The translations under genes and the position numbers were made by a program. The notes beneath the pieces were generated by a model. It did no database searches, was not told where the DNA came from, and was given only the letters and a program-made list of their open reading frames with translations. A DNA stretch of 64,000 nucleotides from Candidatus Cloacimonadota bacterium (lineage in GTDB: Bacteria; Cloacimonadota; Cloacimonadia; Cloacimonadales; GCA-2742885). Location: positions 4,969 through 68,968 of the forward strand of contig PDOO01000026.1 in the NCBI GenBank assembly GCA_002742885.1, read 5' to 3'. The first letter of the stretch is position 1; the number at the start of each line of letters is the position of its first letter. Shown in pieces: positions 1 to 10,600 of the stretch.

Positions 1-871
1 AATCAGGTTGTCTGCGAAGCATATCTTCAAAACCTTCTTCGTAAGCTTCTTCATATTTCAAAATTTCAATTTTTGACTTACTGCCGGTAAATTTCTTGAT
101 TTTCTTTGCCAATTCCTCAATTGATACGGGTTGATCGTTACCTATATTAAAAATTTCTCCTTCCGCTTTTGGAGTATTCATAAGTTTTATTATTCCGTCG
201 GTTACATCACACACATCACCGAAACATCTGGTTTGTTTACCTGTTCCGAAAACCGTAATCGGATGATCCAAAAGAGCATTTTTCACGAATTTAGGAATAA
301 CCATTCCGTATTGACCTGTTTGACGAGGACCTACCGTATTGAAACAACGAACGATTACAACCGGTAATTTCTTTTCTCTGTAATATGCCAAAGCCAAAAA
401 TTCATCTATAGCCTTGCCGCAACTGTAACTCCATCTTGAGATATGAGTAGATCCCAATAATCTGTCATCTTCTTCTTTAAAAGGAACTTTATCGCTTTTT
501 CCGTAAATCTCGGAAGTTGAAGTAATAAGAACCTTTTTCTTGTATTTGTTTGCCAATTCAAGAACATTTTCCGTACCTGTAATATTAGTTTTAAGAGAAG
601 AAAGAGGATTATCTATGATATACTGCACGCCGACAGCAGCTGCCAAATGATATATTTGATCACATTGAGAAACTAATTTTTCCATAATATCTTTATGTAA
701 AACGGAATCAATATGATACTTAAAATTTTTATTGTGAACCAGATGCTCTATATTTTCGAAACTTCCCGTGGAAAGATTGTCTATAATGGTTACGTTATTG
801 CCTTCCTTCAATAATTTTTCAGATAGATGAGAACCGATAAATCCGGCTCCTCCCGTAATAAGTATATTCAT
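1..871 (-). CDS. NAD-dependent epimerase/dehydratase (nucleotide-sugar SDR), partial, runs off the window start
   Basis: Not in the ORF track. Manual translation from ATG at 871 gives MNILITGGAGFIGSHL (GxxGxxG), then STSEIYG and WSYSCGK (YxxxK); GGAG RBS upstream. Confidence 0.9.
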   Translation of the reverse strand, partial: MNILITGGAGFIGSHLSEKLLKEGNNVTIIDNLSTGSFENIEHLVHNKNFKYHIDSVLHKDIMEKLVSQCDQIYHLAAAVGVQYIIDNPLSSLKTNITGTENVLELANKYKKKVLITSTSEIYGKSDKVPFKEEDDRLLGSTHISRWSYSCGKAIDEFLALAYYREKKLPVVIVRCFNTVGPRQTGQYGMVIPKFVKNALLDHPITVFGTGKQTRCFGDVCDVTDGIIKLMNTPKAEGEIFNIGNDQPVSIEELAKKIKKFTGSKSKIEILKYEEAYEEGFEDMLRRQPD

Positions 872-968
872 TAATATCTCCAATCTTTTAATTTAAATTC
901 TAAAAAAACAGGTTAAATTTAATTTTTCGGTTATTCTGTCAAAAAATTTTTATCATTTACGATACAGT

Positions 969-1706
969 TTAATCTATTTCATACTGTAAAATATCAGAGA
1001 AAAACTTTTTTACTCTGGGATTACTGCTGTTAAAAATTTCAGCAGGCGTTCCTTCTTCCAAAATTTTTCCTTCATCCATAAACAGGATATGATCCGCCAT
1101 GTTATAAGCAAAACCCATTTCATGAGTAATCATTACAAGCTCAATACCCTCTTTCCTCAACTCTTCCACTAATCTCAAAACTTCCGATGTAAATTCAGGA
1201 TCCAAGGCAGACGTAGGTTCATCCAAAAATAAAACTTTCGGTTTGATTGCCACGGCTCGGCACAATGCAATTCTCTGCTTCTGACCTCCGGAAAGCTCAG
1301 CCGCTTTCTTGCCGGAATGTTCCGATAAATTAAATCTCAACAGTAAATCCTCAGCAATTTGACATGCCTCTTTCTTGTCATATCCGTGAACCTTCACCAA
1401 AGGCAACATAATATTTTCGCAAGCTGTCAAATGAGGGAATAAATTATAAGCCTGAAAGACCATTCCGATGCTTTTTCGATATGACCTCAGTTTTTTGGCA
1501 TGAAAATCAACGATATGATCATTGAGGTAAATCTCTCCCGAATCCGGTCTTTCCAAGCCGGCTAAAATTCTCAAAAAAGTAGTTTTGCCGCTTCCGGAAG
1601 CGCCGATTATCGCAATGGATTTTTTACCGTTAAGATCAATATTTAAATCATTTAAAACATTTACGTCATCAAATGATTTCACAAGATTTTTAACTTTAAG
1701 ATGCAT
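969..1706 (-). CDS. Polar amino acid ABC transporter ATP-binding protein (GlnQ family)
   Basis: Walker A GASGSGKT, LSGGQKQR signature, DEPTSALDPE, THEM. Confidence 0.93.
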   Translation of the reverse strand: MHLKVKNLVKSFDDVNVLNDLNIDLNGKKSIAIIGASGSGKTTFLRILAGLERPDSGEIYLNDHIVDFHAKKLRSYRKSIGMVFQAYNLFPHLTACENIMLPLVKVHGYDKKEACQIAEDLLLRFNLSEHSGKKAAELSGGQKQRIALCRAVAIKPKVLFLDEPTSALDPEFTSEVLRLVEELRKEGIELVMITHEMGFAYNMADHILFMDEGKILEEGTPAEIFNSSNPRVKKFFSDILQYEID

Positions 1707-2490
1707 AAGCGAATTTCCTTTCCAGATATTTGGTAAAGCGGGAAACAGGCAAAGTAAGGATAAGATAGCCTACAGTCAGAGGCAAATAAGCTTCCATTGT
1801 TGAAAAAGTGGAAGAATTTATTTCTTTGGCAACCATGGTAAATTCATGCACGGAAATGATTGAAAGCAAAGATGAATCTTTTATGAGAGAGGCAAATTGC
1901 CCTGCCAAAGGCGGAAGAGTTCTTGTAATAACCTGAGGGAAAATAACATAAACGTATGTTTGATACTCCGTAAGCCCCAGAGATTTTGCCGTTTCCAGCT
2001 GACTTTCGGCAATACTCTTTATTCCGGCTCTGATTATTTCGGCAATATAGGCTCCTGAAAAAAGAGACATCACGACTACCCCCGCAACAAATCTGTTATC
2101 AAGATTTATCGAATTGGCAACAATGTAATAAAAGACCAAAATCTGAACGAGCAAAGGAGTTCCTCTTATAAATTCCACATAAATTTTACTGATGAAACGC
2201 AGAGGCAATATTTTAGAAAGAGAAGACAATGCGGTCAGAACTCCTATAATCAGACTGAGTATTAAACTGAAAAAAGACAATTGCAAAGTCATCCAAAATC
2301 CTTTTGAGATGCTGCGACGAAAACGCCAAATAACATCCCAGTCAAAATTATAATTTATTTTTCGGAAAGCAAAGTTAAAGATAAAACCAAGCAACAAAAA
2401 AACCGAGAGCAAATTTAAAATCTTTACGATTTTCGATGTGTCTTCATCCAAGATGATCAAATTTTTCGATATTTTTTTCAAAAATCTCAT
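1696..2490 (-). CDS. Polar amino acid ABC transporter permease (HisM/GlnP family)
   Basis: FIRGTPLLVQ, EAA-type loop (AEIIRAGI...QLETAKSLG), LIKDSSL. Confidence 0.93.
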   Translation of the reverse strand: MRFLKKISKNLIILDEDTSKIVKILNLLSVFLLLGFIFNFAFRKINYNFDWDVIWRFRRSISKGFWMTLQLSFFSLILSLIIGVLTALSSLSKILPLRFISKIYVEFIRGTPLLVQILVFYYIVANSINLDNRFVAGVVVMSLFSGAYIAEIIRAGIKSIAESQLETAKSLGLTEYQTYVYVIFPQVITRTLPPLAGQFASLIKDSSLLSIISVHEFTMVAKEINSSTFSTMEAYLPLTVGYLILTLPVSRFTKYLERKFAYAS

Positions 2491-2518
2491 ACTCTGTTCT
2501 AATCCTTATGCCTCAGAA

Positions 2519-3322
2519 TTATTTAACGTCCAAATCAAAGAAGAAAGGAATATTATTTTCTTTGAAAACAGATCTTATTTCTTTCAAATATTTATCGGAA
2601 ATAGGATCAAACCCGTTATTTTTTCTGAAATCCGCAATAAATTCATCAATCTTCTGCTTCAATTCTTTGTTTCCCTTTTTAACGGCAATTCCCCAATATC
2701 CTTCCGTACCCTCAATGGCTTCAAGATTAATGCGAGTTGTTTCAGGATGTTTTTTATGATTGCTGAATACTGTTAAAGCATCATAGATAAAAGCATCGGC
2801 TTTTCCCTGAGCAACTTCCATCACGCAGGCAGAAACATCTTCAAATCTGTGAATTTTTGCTTTAGGAAGATATTTTTTTGCCTTTTCTTCGCCGATGGTT
2901 CCCATTTTTACGGCAACGACTTTACCGTCTTCGTTCAAGTCTGCAAATGTATTTGCCGATGAATTTTCAGACAATAAAAGAGTAAGTCCGGCACTTATAT
3001 AAGGGATTGAAAAATCAACGGCTTTTTTACGTTCATCGGTAATTGTCATAGATGAAATTATCATATCTGTTTTACCTGTTTGCAACGCAGGGATAAGCCC
3101 TGCCCAGGCAATATTTTTTATTTCTATTTCGCAATTAAGATACTTTCCCAGTTCTTTTGCGAAATCAACGCTTACTCCCACAGGATTTCCGCTTTCGTCA
3201 GACATCTCAAAAGGCGGATACTGCAATTCCATTCCTACAATAAGTTTATCTTTGTTTTTTTTGTTTACGCATCCTTGACAACAAATAAGGATAATAATTA
3301 AAATAAAAATAATACGTTTCAT
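2519..3322 (-). CDS. Polar amino acid ABC transporter substrate-binding lipoprotein (SBP family 3)
   Basis: Signal peptide with lipobox-like Cys; YPPFE, LIPALQTGKTD, MTITDERKKAVDFS. Confidence 0.92.
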   Translation of the reverse strand: MKRIIFILIIILICCQGCVNKKNKDKLIVGMELQYPPFEMSDESGNPVGVSVDFAKELGKYLNCEIEIKNIAWAGLIPALQTGKTDMIISSMTITDERKKAVDFSIPYISAGLTLLLSENSSANTFADLNEDGKVVAVKMGTIGEEKAKKYLPKAKIHRFEDVSACVMEVAQGKADAFIYDALTVFSNHKKHPETTRINLEAIEGTEGYWGIAVKKGNKELKQKIDEFIADFRKNNGFDPISDKYLKEIRSVFKENNIPFFFDLDVK

Positions 3323-3589
3323 TTTTTTCTCCTTGCATTAACATCTCTCTCGCGAGAGATTTTCTTTAAACAACAGTTTTATATAAATTGATCTTCTGTA
3401 CTTCATTCGTAAAATCATAATAAAACCTCTGAACCGAATGAAAACAGATGCAAGTATTGTCAAGGGAGATAATAAACGGGAAAGGTCAAATCTTTTCGGC
3501 AAGAAAAATATTACTCTGAATGAAAGATATTCTGATTTTTACTGTTTTGAAAAGTAACAAAAAGATTTCCAAGATGTTTTTTCATTTAT

Positions 3590-3611
3590 AAAAAAAGCCC
3601 CTTTCGGGGCA
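3590..3611 (-). terminator. Intrinsic terminator after pyrG
   Basis: Minus strand reads GCCCC-GAAA-GGGGC followed by T7. Confidence 0.75.
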
Positions 3612-3627
3612 AAAAAAACAAATTTTA

Positions 3628-5229
3628 TCATTTACCGGCATGTTGCAGAGCAGCTTTAATAAAATCTCTGAAAACAGGTTGCGGATTATCGGGACCTGAT
3701 TTAAACTCAGGATGGAATTGTACGGCTATATAGAAAGGATGTTCCGGAATTTCGACAATCTCAACCAGCATATTATCCGGACTTGTTCCGGAAATAAGCA
3801 TACCTTTTTCATTGATAATATCGCGATATTTGTTATTGAATTCATAACGGTGACGATGTCTTTCCGAAATATCTTTCTGACCGTAAATCTTTTCAGCCAA
3901 AGAGCCTTTTTGCAGAGTGCAAGGATAGGCGCCCAGCCTCATTGTTCCGCCTATTTTATCAATATAAACCTGATCATCCATCAAAGAAATTACCGGATTC
4001 TTGCAACTTTCGTCAAACTCGGCGCTGTAAGCATTTTCCAAACCGCAGACATTCTTGGCAAATTCTATTACTGCAACCTGCATTCCGAGACAAATTCCGA
4101 AAAACGGGATATTGTTTTTTCTGGCAAATTCGGCAATGGCTATTTTACCGTCTATTCCTCTGACTCCGAATCCGCCAGGAACCAAAATTCCGTTCACGTT
4201 ACTGAGGTTTTCTTCAATAAATTTTTTATCGACGGCTTTTTCAGAATCAATCCATTTAACGTTAAGCTTGGCATTATTGTGAGCGGCGGCATGAATGAGA
4301 GCTTCGCCTACGCTTTTATAAGCATCTTTATGTTCTACATATTTTCCGCAAACGGCAATACTGACTTCATCGACGGAATTATAAATTCGATCTATCAATT
4401 TTTTCCAATTTGAAAAATCAAAAGGACGTTTTTCTATGCCGAAATGATTACAAATCACCTCGTCAACTTTTGCTTCATGGTAAATTACAGGGATTTCATA
4501 AATACTTTTTACGTCTATGGCATTAAACACGTGATTCTTCGGCACATTGGTAAACATGGCAATTTTATTGATAATTTCATCGTCAAAAGATTTTTCGGAT
4601 CGACACAATAAAATATCAGGTTGGATACCGATTTCTCGCAACTTGGTAGTGGCATGTTGACTAGGTTTGGTTTTCAGTTCTCCCGCAGCGGAAATATACG
4701 GAACATAAGTAAGAAATACGACCAAACAGTTTCTCGAGCCGGCTTCCAGAATAAATTGTCTGATTGCTTCCAGATACGGAAGACTTTCGATATCTCCGAC
4801 GGTTCCGCCGATCTCGGTAAGCACAAAATCGTTATCTTCTTCCATCATCCTGATAAGTCTTTTAATTTCATTGGTAACGTGAGGAATTACCTGAACAGTT
4901 TTTCCCAAGTAATCTCCCCTGCGTTCGTTCTTGATTACTCTTTCATAAATTTGTCCGGAAGTAGCATTGGAATTTTTATTCAAAGCGCGTCCGATAAATC
5001 TTTCGTAATGCCCCAAATCAAGGTCTGTTTCGGCACCGTCATCCGTAACAAAAACCTCGCCGTGCTGAAAAGGACTCATTGTCCCGGGGTCAACGTTTAA
5101 ATAAGGATCAAGCTTCTGCATAACAACTTTGTACCCCATATTTTTAAGCAAAAAACCGATTGAAGACGAAGCTATTCCCTTTCCGAGCGATGACAATACA
5201 CCGCCTATAACAAAAATGTGTTTACTCAT
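3628..5229 (-). CDS. pyrG: CTP synthase
   Basis: GGVLSSLGKG, KLDPYLNVDPGTMSPFQHGE, GICLGMQ, RHRHRYE, QFHPEF. Confidence 0.98.
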   Translation of the reverse strand: MSKHIFVIGGVLSSLGKGIASSSIGFLLKNMGYKVVMQKLDPYLNVDPGTMSPFQHGEVFVTDDGAETDLDLGHYERFIGRALNKNSNATSGQIYERVIKNERRGDYLGKTVQVIPHVTNEIKRLIRMMEEDNDFVLTEIGGTVGDIESLPYLEAIRQFILEAGSRNCLVVFLTYVPYISAAGELKTKPSQHATTKLREIGIQPDILLCRSEKSFDDEIINKIAMFTNVPKNHVFNAIDVKSIYEIPVIYHEAKVDEVICNHFGIEKRPFDFSNWKKLIDRIYNSVDEVSIAVCGKYVEHKDAYKSVGEALIHAAAHNNAKLNVKWIDSEKAVDKKFIEENLSNVNGILVPGGFGVRGIDGKIAIAEFARKNNIPFFGICLGMQVAVIEFAKNVCGLENAYSAEFDESCKNPVISLMDDQVYIDKIGGTMRLGAYPCTLQKGSLAEKIYGQKDISERHRHRYEFNNKYRDIINEKGMLISGTSPDNMLVEIVEIPEHPFYIAVQFHPEFKSGPDNPQPVFRDFIKAALQHAGK

Positions 5230-5289
5230 AATTCTTCCCGTTTTATGTAGTTATTTTAATTTTTAATGACGATTATAAGGCAAGCCGCG

Positions 5290-6102
5290 TCAACGACTGT
5301 CAACCAACCATGATTTTCCTAAAACTACCCGATTCAAAGCGGATATTTCTTTTCCCAAAATTATATTTGCCGTATTTATAAATTTTTCTTCATTATCGCT
5401 GACGTAAAAATTGTCTTTTCCCTCTCCGGATATTTCCGGTTCGGGCAATATTTCTTTCAGAACTTCCGAAATTGCTTCTGCGCTGTCGATAAGATTTATT
5501 TTATTGTCAAAAAATTTGCCGACGGCTTTTTTTAAGATGGGATAATGAGTACACCCCAAAACCAAGGTGTCGATATCAATATTTTTAAAATCTTCCAAAT
5601 ATTCGGAAATAATCAATTCCGTAGCTTTATGATCAAGCCATCCTTCTTCTGCGAGAGAAACCAGCAAAGGACAAGCTCGACTCATGATAGTAACTTCTGA
5701 GCTGAGTCTTCTGATTTCTTTTTCGTATGCCATGCTTTTAATGGTTCCGGAAGTTCCGATTACGCCTATTTTTTTGTTTTTTGATGCGTTTACGGCTGCC
5801 AAAGAACCCGGTTCTATTACCCCTATTACCGGAATATCCAAAGTCTGTTTCAAAATATCAAGAGCAACCGAAGAAGCGGTATTGCAGGCAATAATAATAA
5901 TTTTAACCTGCTGCTGAACCAAAAAAGAGGCATTTTGCAAAGAATATTCAATTATCGTACGGCGAGATTTAGGACCGTAAGGAAGACGAGCCGTATCGCC
6001 GAAATAAATAATATCTTCGTTCGGAAATTGTTTTCTTATTTCTTTAAAAACGGTAAGTCCGCCTACTCCCGAATCAAAAATACCGATAGCTTTTTTATCC
6101 AT
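5290..6102 (-). CDS. murI: Glutamate racemase
   Basis: FDSGVGG, ACNTAS and LGCTHYP catalytic Cys motifs. Confidence 0.97.
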   Translation of the reverse strand: MDKKAIGIFDSGVGGLTVFKEIRKQFPNEDIIYFGDTARLPYGPKSRRTIIEYSLQNASFLVQQQVKIIIIACNTASSVALDILKQTLDIPVIGVIEPGSLAAVNASKNKKIGVIGTSGTIKSMAYEKEIRRLSSEVTIMSRACPLLVSLAEEGWLDHKATELIISEYLEDFKNIDIDTLVLGCTHYPILKKAVGKFFDNKINLIDSAEAISEVLKEILPEPEISGEGKDNFYVSDNEEKFINTANIILGKEISALNRVVLGKSWLVDSR

Positions 6103-6331
6103 TATAACTCCCGACTGCTGAAAAAATAATCATATTTTGAATTATTTTCAGAGAAAAAAGATTTATTTGCTCAAGTTTTCAAAGGTTAAAAATCATCAAT
6201 AAGATAAGTATAAATCATGATTTTTTTTAGCAATTTTTTTGAAAACCTTTAGCCTGTCAATTAATAAAAACAGTCAGTTTCAACTCGAAATAAAACAGAA
6301 TAAATAAACGCAATATCGTTTTAAATATCTG

Positions 6332-7117
6332 TTATTTCCCGAAAATTTCTTTTATTTGTTTTGTCGAGTAAGTCAAGATTTCATGTCCTGATTCCGTTAC
6401 CAAAACCGTATGTTCAAATTGAGCGCTCGGCTTACCGTCGGTTGTGGTAACCGTCCATCCGTCAATATCTGAAGTTTTTATTCTTCCGCTCTTCCCCATA
6501 TTTATCATGGGTTCAATCGTAAATATCATACCGGGTTTAAGTTTTATTCTGTTGTGCGGAGAATATTTGTGTAAAACATGAGGTTCTTCGTGAAAATCTT
6601 TCCCTATTCCGTGTCCGCAATACTCTTCCACAATTCCGTAACGATATTTTTTCAAAAATTTTTCGATGGTTTTTCCTATGTCTGAGAGCATGGCTTTCGG
6701 CTTAACGGCATCAATGCCGCGATACATCGCTTTTTCTGTCATTTCCACCAATTTTTTTATTTCGGGATCAACGTTTCCGATCATAAAAGTTCTGGAGGTA
6801 TCGCCGTGATAACCGTCCAAAATCAATGTAACGTCAATATTGACTATGTCTCCGCCTCTCAATACATCATCAGCCGAAGGGATTCCATGACAAACAACGT
6901 TATTTATTGACGTGCAAATACTTTTCGGGAATCCGTTATAGTTCAAAGGAGCCGATATTGCTCCGTGACTTTGCGTAAAATTTTCAGCTAAATCATTTAA
7001 TTCCAGGGTGGAAATGCCTTCCTGAACGTAAGGAGTCAAAAAATCCAGCAAATCTCCCGCTAAACGTCCGACTTTTCTCATTTTTTCTATTTCTTCAGGT
7101 GTTTTTATTAAAATCAT
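6332..7117 (-). CDS. map: Methionine aminopeptidase type I
   Basis: CHGIP, DGYHGDTSRT, GHGIG..FHEEP, TIEPM, AQFEHT. Confidence 0.97.
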   Translation of the reverse strand: MILIKTPEEIEKMRKVGRLAGDLLDFLTPYVQEGISTLELNDLAENFTQSHGAISAPLNYNGFPKSICTSINNVVCHGIPSADDVLRGGDIVNIDVTLILDGYHGDTSRTFMIGNVDPEIKKLVEMTEKAMYRGIDAVKPKAMLSDIGKTIEKFLKKYRYGIVEEYCGHGIGKDFHEEPHVLHKYSPHNRIKLKPGMIFTIEPMINMGKSGRIKTSDIDGWTVTTTDGKPSAQFEHTVLVTESGHEILTYSTKQIKEIFGK

Positions 7118-7186
7118 TTAACCTCCGAAAATCATAACTTTAAAATAAAATAAGACGACACAAAAAATGCCGTCTTTAATCTCAAA

Positions 7187-7651
7187 TTAATTTATTTTAA
7201 GCAATTCCACTTCAAATTTAAGGTCAGCTTTAGGCGGAATAACTCCTCCTGCTCCGCGTTCTCCGTAAGCAAGATAATAAGGAATGTAAAGAATTCTGAT
7301 TTCGCCTTCGCGCATTCCGGCAACGCCTTCATCCCAGCCTTTTATGACTCGACCTTGACCCAAGACAAATTGAAACGGTTTGTTTCTGTCTTTAGAACTG
7401 TCAAATTTCTTGCCGTCTGTCAGCCAACCGGTATAATGAACCGTTACGCCGTCTCCTTTTTCGGCTGCAAAACCTTTTCCTTCTTTTACAATTTCATATT
7501 TTAAACCCGTATCGGTTTGTACGATATTTTCTTTTGCTTCAACTTTCTTTTCCATTGTTTTATTTTCCTTTTTTTTGTTTAAAGAACAACCTGTTCCGGC
7601 AAGCATTGCTCCGATTGCCGCTAACGCAATTACGGATGATAATATTTTCAT
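7187..7651 (-). CDS. FKBP-type peptidyl-prolyl isomerase, probable lipoprotein
   Basis: [32 protein letters not shown]; LAGTGC lipobox. Confidence 0.95.
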   Translation of the reverse strand: MKILSSVIALAAIGAMLAGTGCSLNKKKENKTMEKKVEAKENIVQTDTGLKYEIVKEGKGFAAEKGDGVTVHYTGWLTDGKKFDSSKDRNKPFQFVLGQGRVIKGWDEGVAGMREGEIRILYIPYYLAYGERGAGGVIPPKADLKFEVELLKIN

Positions 7652-7672
7652 AATTTTCTCCCTTTTTCCCGA

Positions 7673-10600
7673 TTAAACTTCTTTCCAGGTAATTTTCCCG
7701 ATAAAGTAAATAATAACCGAAATGACAATTATCGATGCTGACGAAGAAACAATCGCTCCGGGATACAAATTATAATATCCTTTGAGCATGATTTTAAGCA
7801 TAACCGGAACAGCAACGATCATCAAAACGGAATATTTAGAATATCTGATATAATTTTTCAAAATAAATACGGAGAAAATACCGAAAATCAACGAAAGCAC
7901 CGTCCAAATCAGGTAAACATTAATTCCGGGAGATTTCAGCATAATGTTTCCGCACAGGAAGAACGACATCAGGAAAACAGTAAATACAGTCAAGTTGATT
8001 CGTTTTGTCCAATTGTCGGAAATATATTCAACCGTCTTAACCGCAACAGCAAAAGGAACCAGATAAGAAAAATATGCCGATACAGAAAGAAGAATGCCCT
8101 CGAGAACCGGCATATATCCGGCAAATTCACTTATGTCTGTCAATGCCGGTTCCGTACTCGGAATAAATTTTAATCCCAGGTAAAAAATATTTGTCATTAT
8201 TAAACCGGCTTCCATATCTGTGATAACTCCGAAATTTTTTCGTTTAGAGGATTTTTCGGCAAAAAACCATCCGAGAATAAGAGAAGCAAATCCTGACTTA
8301 AAAACAATGCTCAAAGACAATTGCGCAACAGAAGAAATAATTTGTCTGCCGAGAGGAACCGCAGTATTGAAGTCAGAGAAAGTTTCGGGAGCAGCTAAAA
8401 TCTCGCTCAAAATATTCACTGCCGCCAGGAAAAAGAAAGACAGAATAAAAATTCGTTTGTTAAATTTACCTTTGCTGAAAAAAATTACGGCAAAAATTAT
8501 ACCGACAATCCATAATAAAAATTTAAATAATCCCATCGCATAGACGAAAAGCTCTGTCAAAACGGTTTTTGCTTTAAACTCACGTTTCCAGTTTTCCGGC
8601 GCAAAAACTTCTTTTTTGATTTCAAAGGGTTTATCGCCGATAACGGTTACCGTATAATTCAATTCCCCTTTCGGCAAATTAAAGTTTACCGTATCCTTAA
8701 AAGTAAACTTGTGTTCAATACGACCCGGAAGCTTGCGAGGAATATATTCTTTCTCAGTTAAATCACTGCTTTTAAGGTGATAAAAATCTTCCAAAGCCAT
8801 AATTGCCTTTTCCAAAGCAACCTCTTTACCGTAATCCTGAACTCCAACTTTTTCAGGCAAATGATAATTAAAACTCTTTACAATTCCGTTATTTCCGATA
8901 ACAAATTTATATTTTTCGGAACGTTCTTCGGCATTCTCGGAAAACTTAACAAAAGCAACGGATCTGCTTGTTCCCGGTAAAAATTTATTTTTCAAAGCAG
9001 TATAATTGTTTGCTCCGAACTCGTTATAAATAAATTTTTCTTGATAAGTATTCTCATTTAAAACCGATGATTGTGTTTTCCAAGTATCGTCAAGTTCGGT
9101 TCCCTGAGCTTTAAGGACATCCTTCGCTCGCAAAATTGCTTCTTCCCCGGTTACGGTTAAAACATCGGAATCAGAAGCGTAAGGAATAATGAAGACCAAA
9201 ATTATAAAAGAAATAATTCCCGCAACCGAGATAATTTTAGCGGTTACAATGTTATAGCTTGCGTCAGAAACTGCTGTGTCCGGCTCATTCTCTTTTGATT
9301 TCTCAGGAATCCATGTTCCGTTTTTTTCTTCTTCGGTGATTTGAGACCATTTACCTGTTTGCAATCTTCTTATCAAAATAATCCAAAGAGGAATAAAAAG
9401 AAACGCAACAAACATTATGCGCCACGTTAAAACTTTGCTTCCGCTCACTATCCAAATCGGGAACGACATCAAAACGGCATCAAAGGTAAAGTGCATGATG
9501 ATGCCCGTCAATAATCCGTGACGCATATACAAATAAGCAAAATACATCGACGGAATAATCAACTCAACCAAACGCGCATAATAGGGCTGTGCGGGATAAT
9601 TGGCATGTCCGGCGGCAAAAATCAAAGCCTGAACAGCTAAACCTATGCCTAACCATAATTTTTCTTTACCTAATTTTCGTCCTATCAAAACGGCAGAAGC
9701 AATCGGAACCGCCCGGAACAGACATTCTTCCCAAAAACCGGCATGAAGAGCGGTTGCAATGGCGGAAAACCACGGAAAAAGAGTAGCTATAGTATTCGGA
9801 TCAGTCCCTATGGATGCCGGATTCCACCAATGAAAATATTTTTTAGTTATAAAATAAAAACCGAGAATATAGACTAAAGACAATGCCGAAGTCATATAAC
9901 CGGCAAGCGTATTTCCCAGAACATGAGTTGTTGAACCGCTTTTTTTGCCCCAGACATCCCAAAATCTGACATGATTCGGGAATGCTTTTCTGGTCAAACT
10001 TTCGGCAGCGATAAAAGTAAGAGAAAGATAGATAAACTGAACAATAAATTGAACAAGATTGCTCATTATCATCTGTATGACAAAAGCTGACTCGGATAAT
10101 TCCGTTCGATAATAAATCCAGGAAACGGGCATGTAATTAAAGCCGGCGGCAAATCCCGCCAAAGCAACGATAAAGGCAGCAATAACGCCTCTTTTCCATA
10201 AGATGTAATTTTGCTTCATCAGAAAGAAAATACCGAATAAAATTCCGCCCAACCCGTACAAAACAGCCAAGCCGACTTGAGCAAACTGAGCAATCAGATT
10301 GTTCAAGGAACGCATTTCTTTGTAACGAGTAAAAAAACTTTCGGGTATTTCGGTTTTTTGAGAGAATCCGGTAAGTTTATTGCCGCTTACAGAAACTTTT
10401 TGTCTGAAACGAGCCTCCTTGAAGTCTCGTGTTTTATGTTCGTAAGTATAAAATCTGTCAACTCTTCCGCTCAGAGAAATTGACTTTGACTTTTCGATAA
10501 GTTCATAATCCGAAAATTTCAAGTTCCATTCCCCGAAAGATTTCTCAGCCAATGCCAAAGCTTCTTCTTCGCTTATTTCTGGCAACAGCAAATCTTCCGA

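Noticed and set aside
3712-5100. Long antisense ORFs over pyrG (and similar ones over groEL, hydG, the ABC fusion, cas6, lepA)
   Set aside because: Shadow frames of well-supported genes, with no RBS or recognisable motifs.
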